58,807 bases of DNA from the NCBI GenBank assembly GCA_031409275.1, contig JANNXA010000052.1, positions 1 through 58,807 of the forward strand. Direction: 5' to 3'. Source of the DNA: Planctomycetota bacterium. Lineage in GTDB: Bacteria; Planctomycetota; B15-G4; SIAN01. A model generated the notes under the pieces. That model was not told where the DNA came from and made no database searches. It saw only the letters and a program-made list of their open reading frames with translations. Positions 47,628-58,600 of the stretch are shown here, piece by piece. The position numbers were made by a program, and so were the translations under genes. Position 1 is the first letter of the stretch. Each line of letters opens with the position of its first letter.

Positions 47628-49979
47628 TCATCGAGAGCGTTCGGTGGGCCAATCGACCACGATCTCGGCGCTGAAGAGCCCGCGCGGATCGCCGCGTTCG
47701 AGCAGCGTGCGTGTCAGCGTCGCGATCGTTCGCGGCACGATCCCCTCGAAGAGCAACGCGCCGTCGGCCGTGGCGCCCGCGCGCACGCGAATCGGCTTCG
47801 AAAGGTCGGCCATGGAATCGTCGAGACGCACGGCGAGGCGCTGCACGCCGACGGCCGACTCGATCACCACTTCGTTGCCCGCGCGCTTCGCCACCACTCG
47901 GGCGCCCGCGGCGGGCGCCGGGTTCGCGAGCCAGTAGAAACGTGGAGTCGTGACGTCGTCTTGCAGCCACACGATGGTGGTGGGCCGCAACTCGCGCGTG
48001 TGCTGCGCCATCCAAGGCACCGCGACGGCGTCCTCGCGATCCATCCAGTGGCCCTTGCCCTCGTGGATCACCACCTCGTGCGGGTAGCCGCCCGGGTCGG
48101 CGGCGGCGAGCTCGGCCAGCAGCTGCTTCCAGCGCCGGCCGATGTTGGCGCGGTCGTAGGCGTCATCCTTGCCACCCATGTGCAGCGTGAACGGCAGATT
48201 GCGCAACCCGTCGGGCCGCGTCTCGTTGGGGTGTCCCGCCATCATCGCGGCGGCCGCGAAGTGGTCCGCAAGGCGCGGCGCGAGCTGGTACACACCGTCG
48301 CCGCCGGCGCTGTAGCCCATGACGTAGACGCGATCGGGGTCGACCTCTTCGAAGAGAATCAGCTGCGCGATCAGCTTCTGGAACAGCGGGTCGATGTGGC
48401 CTTGATGCCAGAGGTTCCAGGTGTCGCTGGGCGCGCGCGGAGCGAGGTAGACCCCTTCGTCGGGCCGATAGAGGCGCTTCTGGTTCTCCCACTGCTGGTC
48501 GTTCACCGCGGGCGGCGCGCCGCCGCCGCCGTGCAGCGACAGGTAGAGGCTGCGGCCGCGCGCGGGCTTGTCGCCGTAGACGGCGTACCAGAACTTCATC
48601 GACACGCCGCCGGCCTCGACGATCCGCGCGTCGAAGGAGGCACGTTCGCGCGCGCGCAGATCGGCGTCGAAGCTCTCGATCAGCCGCAAGGCGATCGGGC
48701 CGACCTCCTCCGCTGATAGCGGTTGGTACGCAAAGGGCTGCTGCGCGACCTCGGCCAGCTCGTGGTCGTGCAGGAACTCCTCCAACTGGCCGGCGACATC
48801 GCTTGCGTCGATCTCCCACGAAACCGTTGGAATCACCCTCGTCGAGGTCGAGTTGGCCGTCGCCGTCGGTTCCGAGAACCGAAATGCGCCGATGGGCCGT
48901 CCGTCCACGATCGCAGTCAACAACTGTCCGCGCGGAACGACCAACGCAAGGTAGTCGTTGGCATCGAAGCGCTCGTCCTTCGTGGTGCCGCGCGCGACTT
49001 CGCGGCCCGACTCGTCCTGTAGCAGGAGTTCGCGCGCGACCCGCCTGCCGTCGCGACCCGTCAGCCCGACGTGAAGGTGCGAGTGGCCGGCCGGCAGCGG
49101 TTGCGTCGGTCCGGCGTAGCGATCGGTCACGTCGACGGCGCGCGCGCGCGGGCGCCTCGGATCGAACACCATCGGGAAGTCGAGCGGCGACTCTCGCCAC
49201 GTCACGGCATAGATCGCGTGCTGCGGATCGTCGCGCGACTGCGCCGACGCCCTCCCCGTGAACCAGGCTTCGTCGAGCGCGTCTCCCGCCGGCTCGGCGG
49301 CGCCGGTGAAGCGCCAACGTGCGCCATCCCAAACCTCGACCCACGAGTGGTTGCCGCTACGGTCGATCCACAACGGCACGCCCACGAAGCGCGCCGGCAC
49401 GCCGATCGATCGGCACGCATCGATCAGGAGGATCGACAGGCCAGTGCACGAGGCGAGCCCGCTCGCGATCGACTCGGACGGCGACTGGTCGGCGCGCTGG
49501 CGCTCGGTCGAATAGCGGACCTTCAACTTGGCGAAGAGTTGCTGGTTCAGGCGCACCGCCGCTCGGCCGGGATCGCTCTCCCCCGCGACGAGGGGCAGAC
49601 AGATCTCGCGCAGCTTCGGCAGCCAGAGCTCGCGCGACTCGCTCACGCTCGCGTAGGGGAGGAGCGCGTCGAAGAAGAGCTCCTCGTCGACGTTCGCCTT
49701 CCATGGTGCGGACTGCCACGCGCTCCACGCCGCGTCGACGTGGGCGAGCAGGAACTCACCGTCGAGCGTCGCGAGATCGGCGGTCGGCGCATGCGGCAGC
49801 AGCCACTCGAGCGCGCGCTTCTGTGGTCCGGGCACCGTCGCGAGCGCTCGTTCGAGCTGCGACCGGTTGGCGGCCGATCGCGCGAGCGCGTCGGTCAGCG
49901 CGTCGGACGCGGCGGCGTCGCGGGTGGCGACGAGCGCGAAGAGCCACGGGAGGAGGAGTCGAAGTGGATGGAGGGCCAT
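47628..49979 (-). CDS. Secreted fusion of a transglutaminase-like domain and an alpha/beta-hydrolase
   Basis: Signal peptide; ASCTGLSI...RSIGVPARFVG...NHSWVEVW; LHGGG, GYSAGG, D and GKGHW. Confidence 0.8.
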   Translation of the reverse strand: MALHPLRLLLPWLFALVATRDAAASDALTDALARSAANRSQLERALATVPGPQKRALEWLLPHAPTADLATLDGEFLLAHVDAAWSAWQSAPWKANVDEELFFDALLPYASVSESRELWLPKLREICLPLVAGESDPGRAAVRLNQQLFAKLKVRYSTERQRADQSPSESIASGLASCTGLSILLIDACRSIGVPARFVGVPLWIDRSGNHSWVEVWDGARWRFTGAAEPAGDALDEAWFTGRASAQSRDDPQHAIYAVTWRESPLDFPMVFDPRRPRARAVDVTDRYAGPTQPLPAGHSHLHVGLTGRDGRRVARELLLQDESGREVARGTTKDERFDANDYLALVVPRGQLLTAIVDGRPIGAFRFSEPTATANSTSTRVIPTVSWEIDASDVAGQLEEFLHDHELAEVAQQPFAYQPLSAEEVGPIALRLIESFDADLRARERASFDARIVEAGGVSMKFWYAVYGDKPARGRSLYLSLHGGGGAPPAVNDQQWENQKRLYRPDEGVYLAPRAPSDTWNLWHQGHIDPLFQKLIAQLILFEEVDPDRVYVMGYSAGGDGVYQLAPRLADHFAAAAMMAGHPNETRPDGLRNLPFTLHMGGKDDAYDRANIGRRWKQLLAELAAADPGGYPHEVVIHEGKGHWMDREDAVAVPWMAQHTRELRPTTIVWLQDDVTTPRFYWLANPAPAAGARVVAKRAGNEVVIESAVGVQRLAVRLDDSMADLSKPIRVRAGATADGALLFEGIVPRTIATLTRTLLERGDPRGLFSAEIVVDWPTERSR

Positions 49980-50002
49980 CCCGCCACCATAAGCCGTCGC
50001 GT

Positions 50003-51487
50003 TCACCGTTCGCGGAAATGGTCGATCCAGGCGGCGACGATGCCGACGAATGCCATCACCGGCAGCAGCACCAGCGCCACCGAGGCGAGCGCGAGCCACT
50101 CGCTTGGGAAGGGTGGGGGCGCGAAGAAGGTGGAGTTCCAAGACGCCTGCGCGCTGTCGAGCGCGTCGCGAGTCGTCCACCACCAGATCGCGGTGACGGT
50201 CATCCACGCGAGCGAGCTCGAGAGCGTGCCGAGCGCGCCGCGGTCCGCCAACGTCCAACACGAGGTGACGGCGGGATCGCGTCGCGCCGGCAGCTCGGGG
50301 AAGAGCTCGGCGCGGCAGCTTCGGTGGTGGTGGCGCACCAGCAGCGCGCCGGTCGCGATCAGCGTGCCCAGCAGCGTCAGCACCAGCGGCAGCGCGCGCA
50401 GCAGCTCTTCCGCGGTGACGAAGCTGCGGATCCACGACGGCAAGAGATCGGCGACGGCCGCCGAAAGGCGCTTCTGACTCGCCGCGAGTTCGGTGCGCCG
50501 CGACGAGAGCTCGGCCACGGCGGCGGTCGCGGTGGCGACGCTCTGTTCGAGGTTGGCCCGGATCGGGGCGATCTGCGCTTCGAGCGCGCTGCGCCACGCG
50601 GCGACGATGGCGCCGAGCGAGGCGACCTCCTGACGCTTCTCGTCGGGAGTCGCCAGCCACTCGCGATCCTCGAGGTGGTCGCTGCGCCAGCGATCGAGGC
50701 GCGCGCTCAGCTCGGCGAGCGCGGTTCCGAGTGGAGTGAGCGCGGCGGCGAATCGTGATGCCCCCGCGAGCGCCTGCTCGAGCGGTTGGCGGACCGACTG
50801 CTCGACCGCGCCGATGATCGTGGCGATCGTCCGTTCCAGCAGTTCGCTGGCGGCCTGGTCGAGTGCCGCCTCGAAGAGCCTTGTGAAGTTCGTTTCGTTG
50901 GCGTTCTTCGCCGCCTCCGGATCGATGGTGAGCGGCGCGTAGGGGGCGTCATCGCGCGCGCGTGCGAGCTGGTCGTCCAGCGGAAGCGCCGGATCGACCG
51001 GCAGCGGGCGCACCGGCGGAATCTGCGACGTCTCGGGTGCGCGCTGCTCCCACGGTGCTGGCGGGGAGTTCGGCGCGCCTTCGCCCGCCTCGTTTCGCTC
51101 GATGAAGTAACGGTGAGCGGCCGCCGGGTCGCGGCGCTGATTCGCACGGGCCTCCCGCAACCCGGCCAATCCGCGCTGCAGGTCGACGACGACGTCATTC
51201 CATGGCGCCGCTTCGATGGCGCAGCGCGCCTGCTCGAGTGCGGCGACGACGGCGGCGAGTTCGCGCTTCTGCGGTTCGAGCGTCGCGAGCGCGACTTCGG
51301 CGTCGATCTGCGCCTGCGCCGCTTCGGCGTGCTCGCGCGACCACGCCAAGGAGGGGCGCGTCACCTTCCAGGTCGCCAGTCCGCCAAAGAGGAGCGTCGC
51401 GAAGAGGAGCTTCGCGAGACGGGCGTCGCGCGCCTCCCACAGCGCACGGTGCCGCAGCGCCCTCCTCGAGACCGTCTCGTTGCCCAT
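50003..51487 (-). CDS. Hypothetical membrane protein with long helical/coiled-coil region
   Basis: N-terminal TM, Ala/Glu/Leu-rich helices and about three C-terminal TMs; fills the gap between well-supported genes; GGAGAGG upstream. Confidence 0.65.
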   Translation of the reverse strand: MGNETVSRRALRHRALWEARDARLAKLLFATLLFGGLATWKVTRPSLAWSREHAEAAQAQIDAEVALATLEPQKRELAAVVAALEQARCAIEAAPWNDVVVDLQRGLAGLREARANQRRDPAAAHRYFIERNEAGEGAPNSPPAPWEQRAPETSQIPPVRPLPVDPALPLDDQLARARDDAPYAPLTIDPEAAKNANETNFTRLFEAALDQAASELLERTIATIIGAVEQSVRQPLEQALAGASRFAAALTPLGTALAELSARLDRWRSDHLEDREWLATPDEKRQEVASLGAIVAAWRSALEAQIAPIRANLEQSVATATAAVAELSSRRTELAASQKRLSAAVADLLPSWIRSFVTAEELLRALPLVLTLLGTLIATGALLVRHHHRSCRAELFPELPARRDPAVTSCWTLADRGALGTLSSSLAWMTVTAIWWWTTRDALDSAQASWNSTFFAPPPFPSEWLALASVALVLLPVMAFVGIVAAWIDHFRER

Positions 51488-51649
51488 GGGCCTCTCCGCG
51501 AGTTCCTCGATCGTCGCAGCGCACGTCGTCGCGGTGCGTCACCCGGAGCCGGCGTCCTCGGGTTGGAGAAAGAACGCGCAGCGGACGCGTGAGAAAGGTA
51601 CTACTTCCGACCGAGGTGCGATGCGCGGAAGTACGCGCGATGGGGACCC

Positions 51650-52843
51650 ATGACGTTTGCCGACCTGAAGATGCCTCCCGCGCTGATCGCGGCACTGGCG
51701 AAGCAGAAGATCGATGAGCCGACCGCGATCCAGATCGCGGCGATTCCGGTGCTGCTTGAAGGCAAGGACGCCAACGTCAAGGCCGAGACGGGGACGGGCA
51801 AGACGCTTGCCTACCTGCTGCCGCTCTTCTGCAGGATCGACGCCGAAGTAGCGGCGACGCAGGTCGTGATCGTCGCGCCGACGCATGAGCTGGCGATCCA
51901 GATCCAGCGCCAATGCTGCGACCTCGCGCAGAACGCCGGCTCGCCCATCCGCACCGTGCTCCTGATCGGCGGCACGCCGATGGACCGCCAGATCGAGAAG
52001 CTGAAGAAGAAGCCGCAGATCGTGGTCGGATCGCCGGGCCGGATGGTCGACCTGATCGCCATGGGCAAGCTCAAGATGCACCTGGTGAAGAGCATCGTGA
52101 TCGACGAGGCGGATCGACTGTTGGGGGCTGAGGGATTGCCGGCGATCCAGGCGCTCCTGCGCGCTGCACCGCGCCGTCGGCAGCTGATCTTTGCGTCGGC
52201 GACGGAGCAGCCGGAGAGCGCGGCCGCGATCGTGGCGATGGCGCCGGAACGGGTGCTGATCGACACCGGGGCTGCGGCGGTGAACGAGAACATCGAGCAC
52301 CTCTACCTGGTGTGCGAGGAGCGCGACAAGCCGGACGTGCTGCGCAAGCTGCTGCACGCGCTCGGCCCGGAGCGGGCGATGGTCTTCGTGCATCGCAACG
52401 AGACGGCGGAGGAGGTCGCCGCGAAGCTCGCCTACCATCACATCGCGGTGGCTGACCTCCACGCCGCCATTGGCAAGCTCGATCGAAAGCGCGCGATGGA
52501 TGACTTCCGCAGCGCGAAGGTCCGGGTGCTGATCGCGTCCGACGTCGCGGCGCGCGGCCTCGACATCCAGGGCGTCACGCACGTCATCAACGTCGATGTG
52601 CCGACGCTGAGCAAGGCGTACCTCCATCGCACCGGCCGCACGGCTCGAGCCGGAGCCAAGGGGCAGGCGATCACGCTGATGACCGAATCGGAGTCGCGCC
52701 TGGTGCGTCGCTTCGAGAGCGAGTTGTCGATCTCGCTGCAGCAGGTCCGTCTGCGCGAGGGCCGCGTGATCGCGGTCGACGAGATGCGCGCCGACCCGGC
52801 GCCGCTGGTTCGTCGCTCCGATCCGACCCGGCCGGCGTCGTAG
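51650..52843 (+). CDS. DEAD-box RNA helicase
   Basis: Q-motif, AETGTGKT, PTHELA, GG, SPGR, DEAD, SAT, ARGLD and HRTGRTAR. Confidence 0.95.
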   Translation: MTFADLKMPPALIAALAKQKIDEPTAIQIAAIPVLLEGKDANVKAETGTGKTLAYLLPLFCRIDAEVAATQVVIVAPTHELAIQIQRQCCDLAQNAGSPIRTVLLIGGTPMDRQIEKLKKKPQIVVGSPGRMVDLIAMGKLKMHLVKSIVIDEADRLLGAEGLPAIQALLRAAPRRRQLIFASATEQPESAAAIVAMAPERVLIDTGAAAVNENIEHLYLVCEERDKPDVLRKLLHALGPERAMVFVHRNETAEEVAAKLAYHHIAVADLHAAIGKLDRKRAMDDFRSAKVRVLIASDVAARGLDIQGVTHVINVDVPTLSKAYLHRTGRTARAGAKGQAITLMTESESRLVRRFESELSISLQQVRLREGRVIAVDEMRADPAPLVRRSDPTRPAS

Positions 52844-52894
52844 CAGCCCGCTCCGGAAGTCGCCGCGGGCGGTGCGCCGCCGCCGCGACCTCCC

Positions 52895-53980
52895 TCACCA
52901 CGCGCCGGCGGCGTGGATTTCGTCGAACAGCGCGCTGGCGAAGTAGCGATGGCCCGCCGGCGTCCAGTGGCCGATCGAGCTGCGGTTGACGAGTGGCTCG
53001 GTGTCGATGTTGGCCGCGGGCGGCGGCGGGCCGACGAATGGGATGCCGCTCGCGCGGCAGTGGTCGCGCACCGCCAAGGCATCGGTCGAGAGGCGCTCGT
53101 CGGCGGCCTTCGGATTGAATCCGACGGAGGTCACGAACAGCGAAGCTCCGTGCCCGCGAGCGAAGGCCGCGAGCGCCTCGATTCCCTGGAAGGTGAGGTC
53201 CCGCCCGGCGGCCCAGCGCTTGCCGAGACCCGACACCAACGTCGTCTCGCCGCTCCCCTCCAGACGGATGCGGTCTTGGCGAATCGACAAGGCGCCGAGC
53301 AGGGCGAGCGCCGCGGGTTTGAGCATGCTCCACGCTTCGGAGTGCTCCAGCATGAAGCGACGGCCTGGAATGCGCGCGCGCGTCGTTCCCCAGGTTCCGT
53401 TCACGAAATTCCAATCGTCCGCGAAGTCGTTGCCGCAATGGACCCAGATCACGATCGACGGGTGCAGCCGCTCCCAATGCCGTTTGGCGAGCTGGAACGC
53501 CTGTTGGACGCCGTAGCCGGAAACGCCGCCGTTGACGACGTCGAACTTCCGTGGTGAAGCGGCATCGAGCCGCTCCTGCAGGACGGCCGCCGTCGTGTCG
53601 CCGTCGTTCACGCCCAGGCCGAAGGTGTAGGAATCACCCAGCAGCAGCACGCGCGCCGTGGCGTCGGCGCGAGGCGGCGGCCCGCGCATCCCGAGTGAGT
53701 TGAGCGAGACCGAGAAGCGGTAGTCGAAGCCGACGATGTCACTGCGCTGATCGGCGTTGTTCGCCCACTGAAGGACGGGATCCTCGACGACGTAGTCCGT
53801 GCCGTGGAAGTCGGCGTTGCCGATCATCCGCACGATCCCTTCGAGCATCAGGAACGCGAGGACGGGGGCGATGGCGAAGCAGAGGAGCAGCCGGAACGCG
53901 AGCGTGCGTCGCCGAGAACGGACCGGCCGCGGGCCTCGACTGCGAATCTCTTGCGTCGGCCCCTTGCCGGATGGCTCCAT
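52895..53980 (-). CDS. Membrane-anchored SGNH/GDSL hydrolase-family protein
   Basis: TM helix then LLGDSYTFG, NGGVSG, GND and GHWTPAGH. Confidence 0.82.
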   Translation of the reverse strand: MEPSGKGPTQEIRSRGPRPVRSRRRTLAFRLLLCFAIAPVLAFLMLEGIVRMIGNADFHGTDYVVEDPVLQWANNADQRSDIVGFDYRFSVSLNSLGMRGPPPRADATARVLLLGDSYTFGLGVNDGDTTAAVLQERLDAASPRKFDVVNGGVSGYGVQQAFQLAKRHWERLHPSIVIWVHCGNDFADDWNFVNGTWGTTRARIPGRRFMLEHSEAWSMLKPAALALLGALSIRQDRIRLEGSGETTLVSGLGKRWAAGRDLTFQGIEALAAFARGHGASLFVTSVGFNPKAADERLSTDALAVRDHCRASGIPFVGPPPPAANIDTEPLVNRSSIGHWTPAGHRYFASALFDEIHAAGAW

Positions 53981-54208
53981 CAGCAGATCGCCTCCTTCGA
54001 CGTTGCTTGCCCGCGTTCCGAGACGGTGGACATTACGGTCGTCCGGGGGAAGCGCAGCGGGCGGCCCGCCGATCGCGAGCGCCGGAGGCCGCAAGCGCGC
54101 GCAACGGTCGACGGCGGACGTTGCTGTCTTGATCGAACGGACGCCCGAACCCCTCGGCGCAGCACCTGCCCGAGAACGAGACGCCCGATCCACCAGGAGA
54201 ACGCCGCC

Positions 54209-54958
54209 ATGAAAACCCCTCGAACCAGCGCCGGACGCGCTCGCCTTGCCGCTCGCCTCGCCGGCTTCGCAGCTGCCTGCGCCACATGCGCCGCCTGCAC
54301 GTTTGCACCGACGTACGGCGGAGGCATCGACTTCACCGGTCGCACGCTCACGAACGATGCTCGCCAGAAGCGCAGCCTCGCCGCCGACGTCTGCGGTGTG
54401 CTGGTGACCAAGCTCCCGGAAGGAAGTGAGCTGCTCGGCGGCGACGTGCGGCCAGGCGACGTGATCGCCGCAGTGAACGGCCGCGCGACGAACGACTACG
54501 AGGCGCTGGTCGATGCCGTGTTCGCCGCAGGCTCGAGGATGCCGCTCACGCTCACGATCGTCCGCGGCGCAGAACGCCACGACGCGACGATCACGAGCGG
54601 CCACGCGATGACGGCCGGCACCCTCAGCGTCAATCTCCTCTTCCCGTTCGGCGGGCGCGTGCTCGAGCGCGACTCGCAACTCGCGCGCGATGACGGGTTC
54701 CTGGGGCAAGGCGACCACAATCTGCCGCCGTGGGAGACGAATGAACCCGCGCGTTGCTTCGAACTCTCGCTCTTCGATCTCGACTTCGGGCCCGACCTCC
54801 ACGGCTTCACGCTGCTGCGCTCGCTCGGCTACGAGAGCACGCCAGGCAACTGGGCGGCGCGCTTCCTCTGCTTCGACTTCGGCCGCGCGACGGTCGTGAA
54901 CAGCAATCACGGCTCGCCGCACCCGATCTGGAGAAGCGCCGGACAGCTCGGGAACTGA
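54209..54958 (+). CDS. PDZ-domain putative lipoprotein
   Basis: AGGAG upstream; lipobox-like CAA-C; GVLVTKL..GS...VRPGDVIAAVNG...LTIVRG. Confidence 0.7.
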   Translation: MKTPRTSAGRARLAARLAGFAAACATCAACTFAPTYGGGIDFTGRTLTNDARQKRSLAADVCGVLVTKLPEGSELLGGDVRPGDVIAAVNGRATNDYEALVDAVFAAGSRMPLTLTIVRGAERHDATITSGHAMTAGTLSVNLLFPFGGRVLERDSQLARDDGFLGQGDHNLPPWETNEPARCFELSLFDLDFGPDLHGFTLLRSLGYESTPGNWAARFLCFDFGRATVVNSNHGSPHPIWRSAGQLGN

Positions 54959-55065
54959 CGGAGCCATCCGCGCCGGAGCCGCCTCCCCGCGTTCCTCGCC
55001 GCTCCGCTTGGGTAGGATCGCGCCGTTCGCGAAACGTCGGCATCGGCGAGCGGAGCGGGGCAGCG

Positions 55066-55677
55066 ATGGCGCAATTCGACGCGCAGTCCGACGCAGAACT
55101 CGCGCAGAGCGCCTCGCGCGGGGACATGTCGGCGCTCGACCAGCTCCTCGAGTCGAATCTGCCGAGGTTGCGCGCGTTCGTCCGGTTGCAGATGGGGCCC
55201 GCGCTCCGCGCCCGCGAAGAGTCGCTCGACGTCGTGCAGTCGATCTGCCGGGAGGTGCTCGAACACCAGGAGCGTTTCAAGAGCGGCGGTGCCGAGGGTT
55301 TCCGCCGATGGCTCTTCACCACGGCGATCCGGCTGATCCGCAACAAGGCGAAGTTCTGGCGCCGCGAGCGGCGAGCGGCGCGCCGCGAAGTGCGCGTCCC
55401 TGATAACGACAGCGGCATCGACCCGGTCGCCGACTGCTATCGGACGTTCCTCACGCCGTCGCGTGATGCCGGCGCGCGCGAAGAGGTCGCTCGCTTCGAG
55501 GCGGCGTTCGATGAGCTGCCCGAGGACTACCGCGAGGTGATCGCGCTCGCGCGCATCGTCGGGCTCCCGCACAAGGAGGTCGCCCTGCAGATGGAGCGGA
55601 GCGAACTCGCGACGCGCGCGCTGCTCCATCGCGCGCTCGCGTCGCTCGCCGAAGCGCTCGATCCGCCGTCCCCATGA
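55066..55677 (+). CDS. ECF sigma-70 factor (kinase-associated type)
   Basis: Region 2 LDVVQS...FRRWLFTTA; region 4 LPEDYREVI...GLPHKEVA...LLHRA. Confidence 0.9.
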   Translation: MAQFDAQSDAELAQSASRGDMSALDQLLESNLPRLRAFVRLQMGPALRAREESLDVVQSICREVLEHQERFKSGGAEGFRRWLFTTAIRLIRNKAKFWRRERRAARREVRVPDNDSGIDPVADCYRTFLTPSRDAGAREEVARFEAAFDELPEDYREVIALARIVGLPHKEVALQMERSELATRALLHRALASLAEALDPPSP

Positions 55678-58600
55678 GCAGGAATCCGCAGCTGAACGAG
55701 CTGGTCGAGCGCTGCCTTGCGGCGATGGAGCAGGAGGGCGCTCCTGCGCTCGAGCGCCTGTGCGCCTTGCATCCGAACGAGGCGAGCGCGTTGCGTCGGC
55801 GGGTGGCGCTGCTCCAGGGGTTCGGCCTCGCAGGAGACGCCGCGGCCGACGCAGAACCCGCGGCCGATCCGCCGATTCCGAAGCGGCTCGGCGACTTCGA
55901 ACTGCTCGAGCGCATCGGCGCGGGTGGCATGGGCGTCGTCTATCGCGCGCGCCAGCTCTCACTCGGCCGCGAGGTCGCGCTGAAGGTCGTGCGGCCCGAT
56001 CAGCTCCATGTCGGCACGGCGCGCACCCGTTTCCGTCGCGAGGTCGAGGCGATCGCGCGGCTGCAGCATCCCGGCATCGTCCCGATCCACGCGGTCGGCG
56101 AGAGCGACGGCCTGCCGTGGTTCGCGATGGAACTGCTGACCGGCGCGTCGATCGCGCAGGTCGTGCGCGCGCTGCACGGCCGAGCACCCGCGGAGCTCTC
56201 GGGTGCTGACTTCGCGGCAGCGGTCGCGGACGTTGTGCGAGGCGGCTCGGGTGGCGCCGGTGGCGCGCCAGGGGCCGCCGTCGAATCGGCGGACGTCGCG
56301 CACGGTTGGCTCTTCGCGGGGACGTGGAGCGACGTCTGCCTGCGCGTCGCGCGGCAAGTGGCCGACGCGCTCGCCCACGCGCACGGCCGCGGAGTCCTCC
56401 ATCGCGACGTGAAACCGAGCAACATCCTCGTCACACCGACCGGTCGGGTCGTGCTGGTCGATTTCGGGCTCGCGTCCACCGGCGACGTGAGCGAACTCAC
56501 GAAGAGCGGCTCGGCGCTCGGCTCGCTTCCCTACATGTCACCCGAGCAGCTGCGCGGCGAGTGGGCGAACGTCGATGAACGCAGCGATCTCTGGTCGCTC
56601 GGGATCACGCTGCACGAGCTCCTGATGCTCGAATTGCCGTGGCGCGAGACCACCGAGCACGCGATGCGCGAGGCGATCGTCGCCGGACGCAGGATCGCGC
56701 CGCGCGAACGCAATCCGGCCGTGCCACGCGATGTCGAGACCGTGGTGCTGGCAGCGACCGACCTCGATCGCGCCCGGCGCTACGCGCGAGCGACCGACCT
56801 CGCACGCGACCTCGACAATGCGCTGACGGGCCGGCCGATCGAGGCGCGTCGCGTGGGCACGTTCGGTCGCCTCATCCGCTGGGCGCGACGCGAGCCGGCG
56901 CAAGCGGCGACGGCTGCGCTCGCGCTGCTGATCGGGGTGGGCGGCCCGATCGCCTACGCCGAGATCCAGCGCCGCGCGAGCACGAGGCTCCACGAAGCGA
57001 ACCTCCAGATCCGCGCCGAGCAGACGCGCGCCGAAGGCCATTTCCGCCACGCGCTCGGCGTGTTGAGCTCGATGCTCGCGCCCGTCACCGATGACGCCTT
57101 CGCCGACGAGCCCGAGTCCGATCCGATCCGCCGCGCGACGCTCGAACGGGCGCTCGCGCTCTACGAGAGCTTCCCCGCCGAGGACGCGGGCGATTTCGAG
57201 CTGCGGCGCGCGCTGGCGCAGGCACTCTTCGACTTGAGCCTGGTGCAGATGCGGGTCGGCGCGCCCGCTGCAGCGGCGACGATGCTCCGCGAGGCTGTGC
57301 GGCGGCTCGAAACGCTCGCGGGCGAACGGACCGGCGACTCCGCGATCGCGTTCGATCGGCTGAAGGTCCGTGGCGCGCTCGGGAGCACGCTCACCGCAGG
57401 AGGGCGCATGGAAGAGGGGCGGCAGGTCGTCGACCTGCTGATCACCGAACTTGGAGCGGGCGACCCGCACGATCTGCCGCGGTTGCGGCTCCTGGCGAAG
57501 GCGCAGAGCGATCGCGGGGTCCTCGCGCATCTCGAGGGCGACCTCGCTGGCGCGATCACCGCGGCACGCGCGGCGCTCGCCGTGCGTCGCGAGGTGATCG
57601 ACGCTCCCGACGCGGTCGATGGCGACCGCTGCGAGTTCGGCGACGCTGCCTACCTGCTCTCCGACCATCTGCTCTCGAGCCGACACGAGGAGCCGATCGA
57701 AGGCGAAACCGACACCGAAGGCGAGCAGCGGGTCGAGCGGCTGGGTGCCGAGGCCGACGCATTGCAGCAGGAGGCGCTCGCGGAGATCGCGAGGGTGCTC
57801 GCCGTGCAGCCGCGTGATCGGCGCGCGCTGACGATCCGATGCGAGCTGCTGATCTATCAGTCCATGGTTCACGCGCTGAAGGCGACGAGCACCGCTCGCA
57901 TCGAAGTGCGCGAGGCGTTGGCGATCGCCGAGCAGCTCGCACAGCGATACCCCGAAAGCGTCGCCGTTCGCCGACTGCCCGTCGAGGCGGGTTATCGGGC
58001 GGCAGTGCTCGAACTGCAGATGCGCGACGAAGCGGCGGCCGTCGCGCTCGTCCGGACGGCGATCGAGCACGGTCGAGCCGCCTATCAAGAGCTGCACGAG
58101 CCGAAGCCCATCGGCGCTCAACTCGCGCCGGCGCTCTCGGTCCTCGCGCAGATCGAGCTCCAGCGCAACCAGACGGACGCGGGGATGGCCGATCTCGCCG
58201 AGGCGATCGAGCTCGGCCACCGCTGTCTCACGCTCACCGGCGGCGGCGAGCCGATCCGCCGCTCTCTCCGCCAGTGGGAGTGGCTGCTCGCGCGACAGCG
58301 GTTGCAGAAGGGCGACTGGCAGACCGCGGCGGCCGACGCCGAGCGCTTCGTGCTCGACCCCGCGGACGCGGCGCCTGGATCGACCGAACCGTTTCGAGCC
58401 GCGATGGTGCTTGCGGGTTGCGCAGTTGCCGCGGATCGAGCATCGAAACAGGACGCTGACTCTGCCGACGAGCCGTCGAAACTCGCCGAGCGCGCCACGT
58501 TGGCCGGGCGGGCCGACGAGCTCGCCCGCCAGGCGATCGCGCAGGCAGAGGCGGCAGTCGAAGGGTGGCCAGCGCTTCGCGAGCGGTTGGCCGAGGACAC

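Noticed and set aside
42944..52843. YprB-like nuclease plus helicase considered as a defence or MrfAB repair pair
   Set aside because: The helicase is an ordinary DEAD-box RNA helicase about 8 kb away with no YprA-type C-terminal domain, and no defence-island context is present
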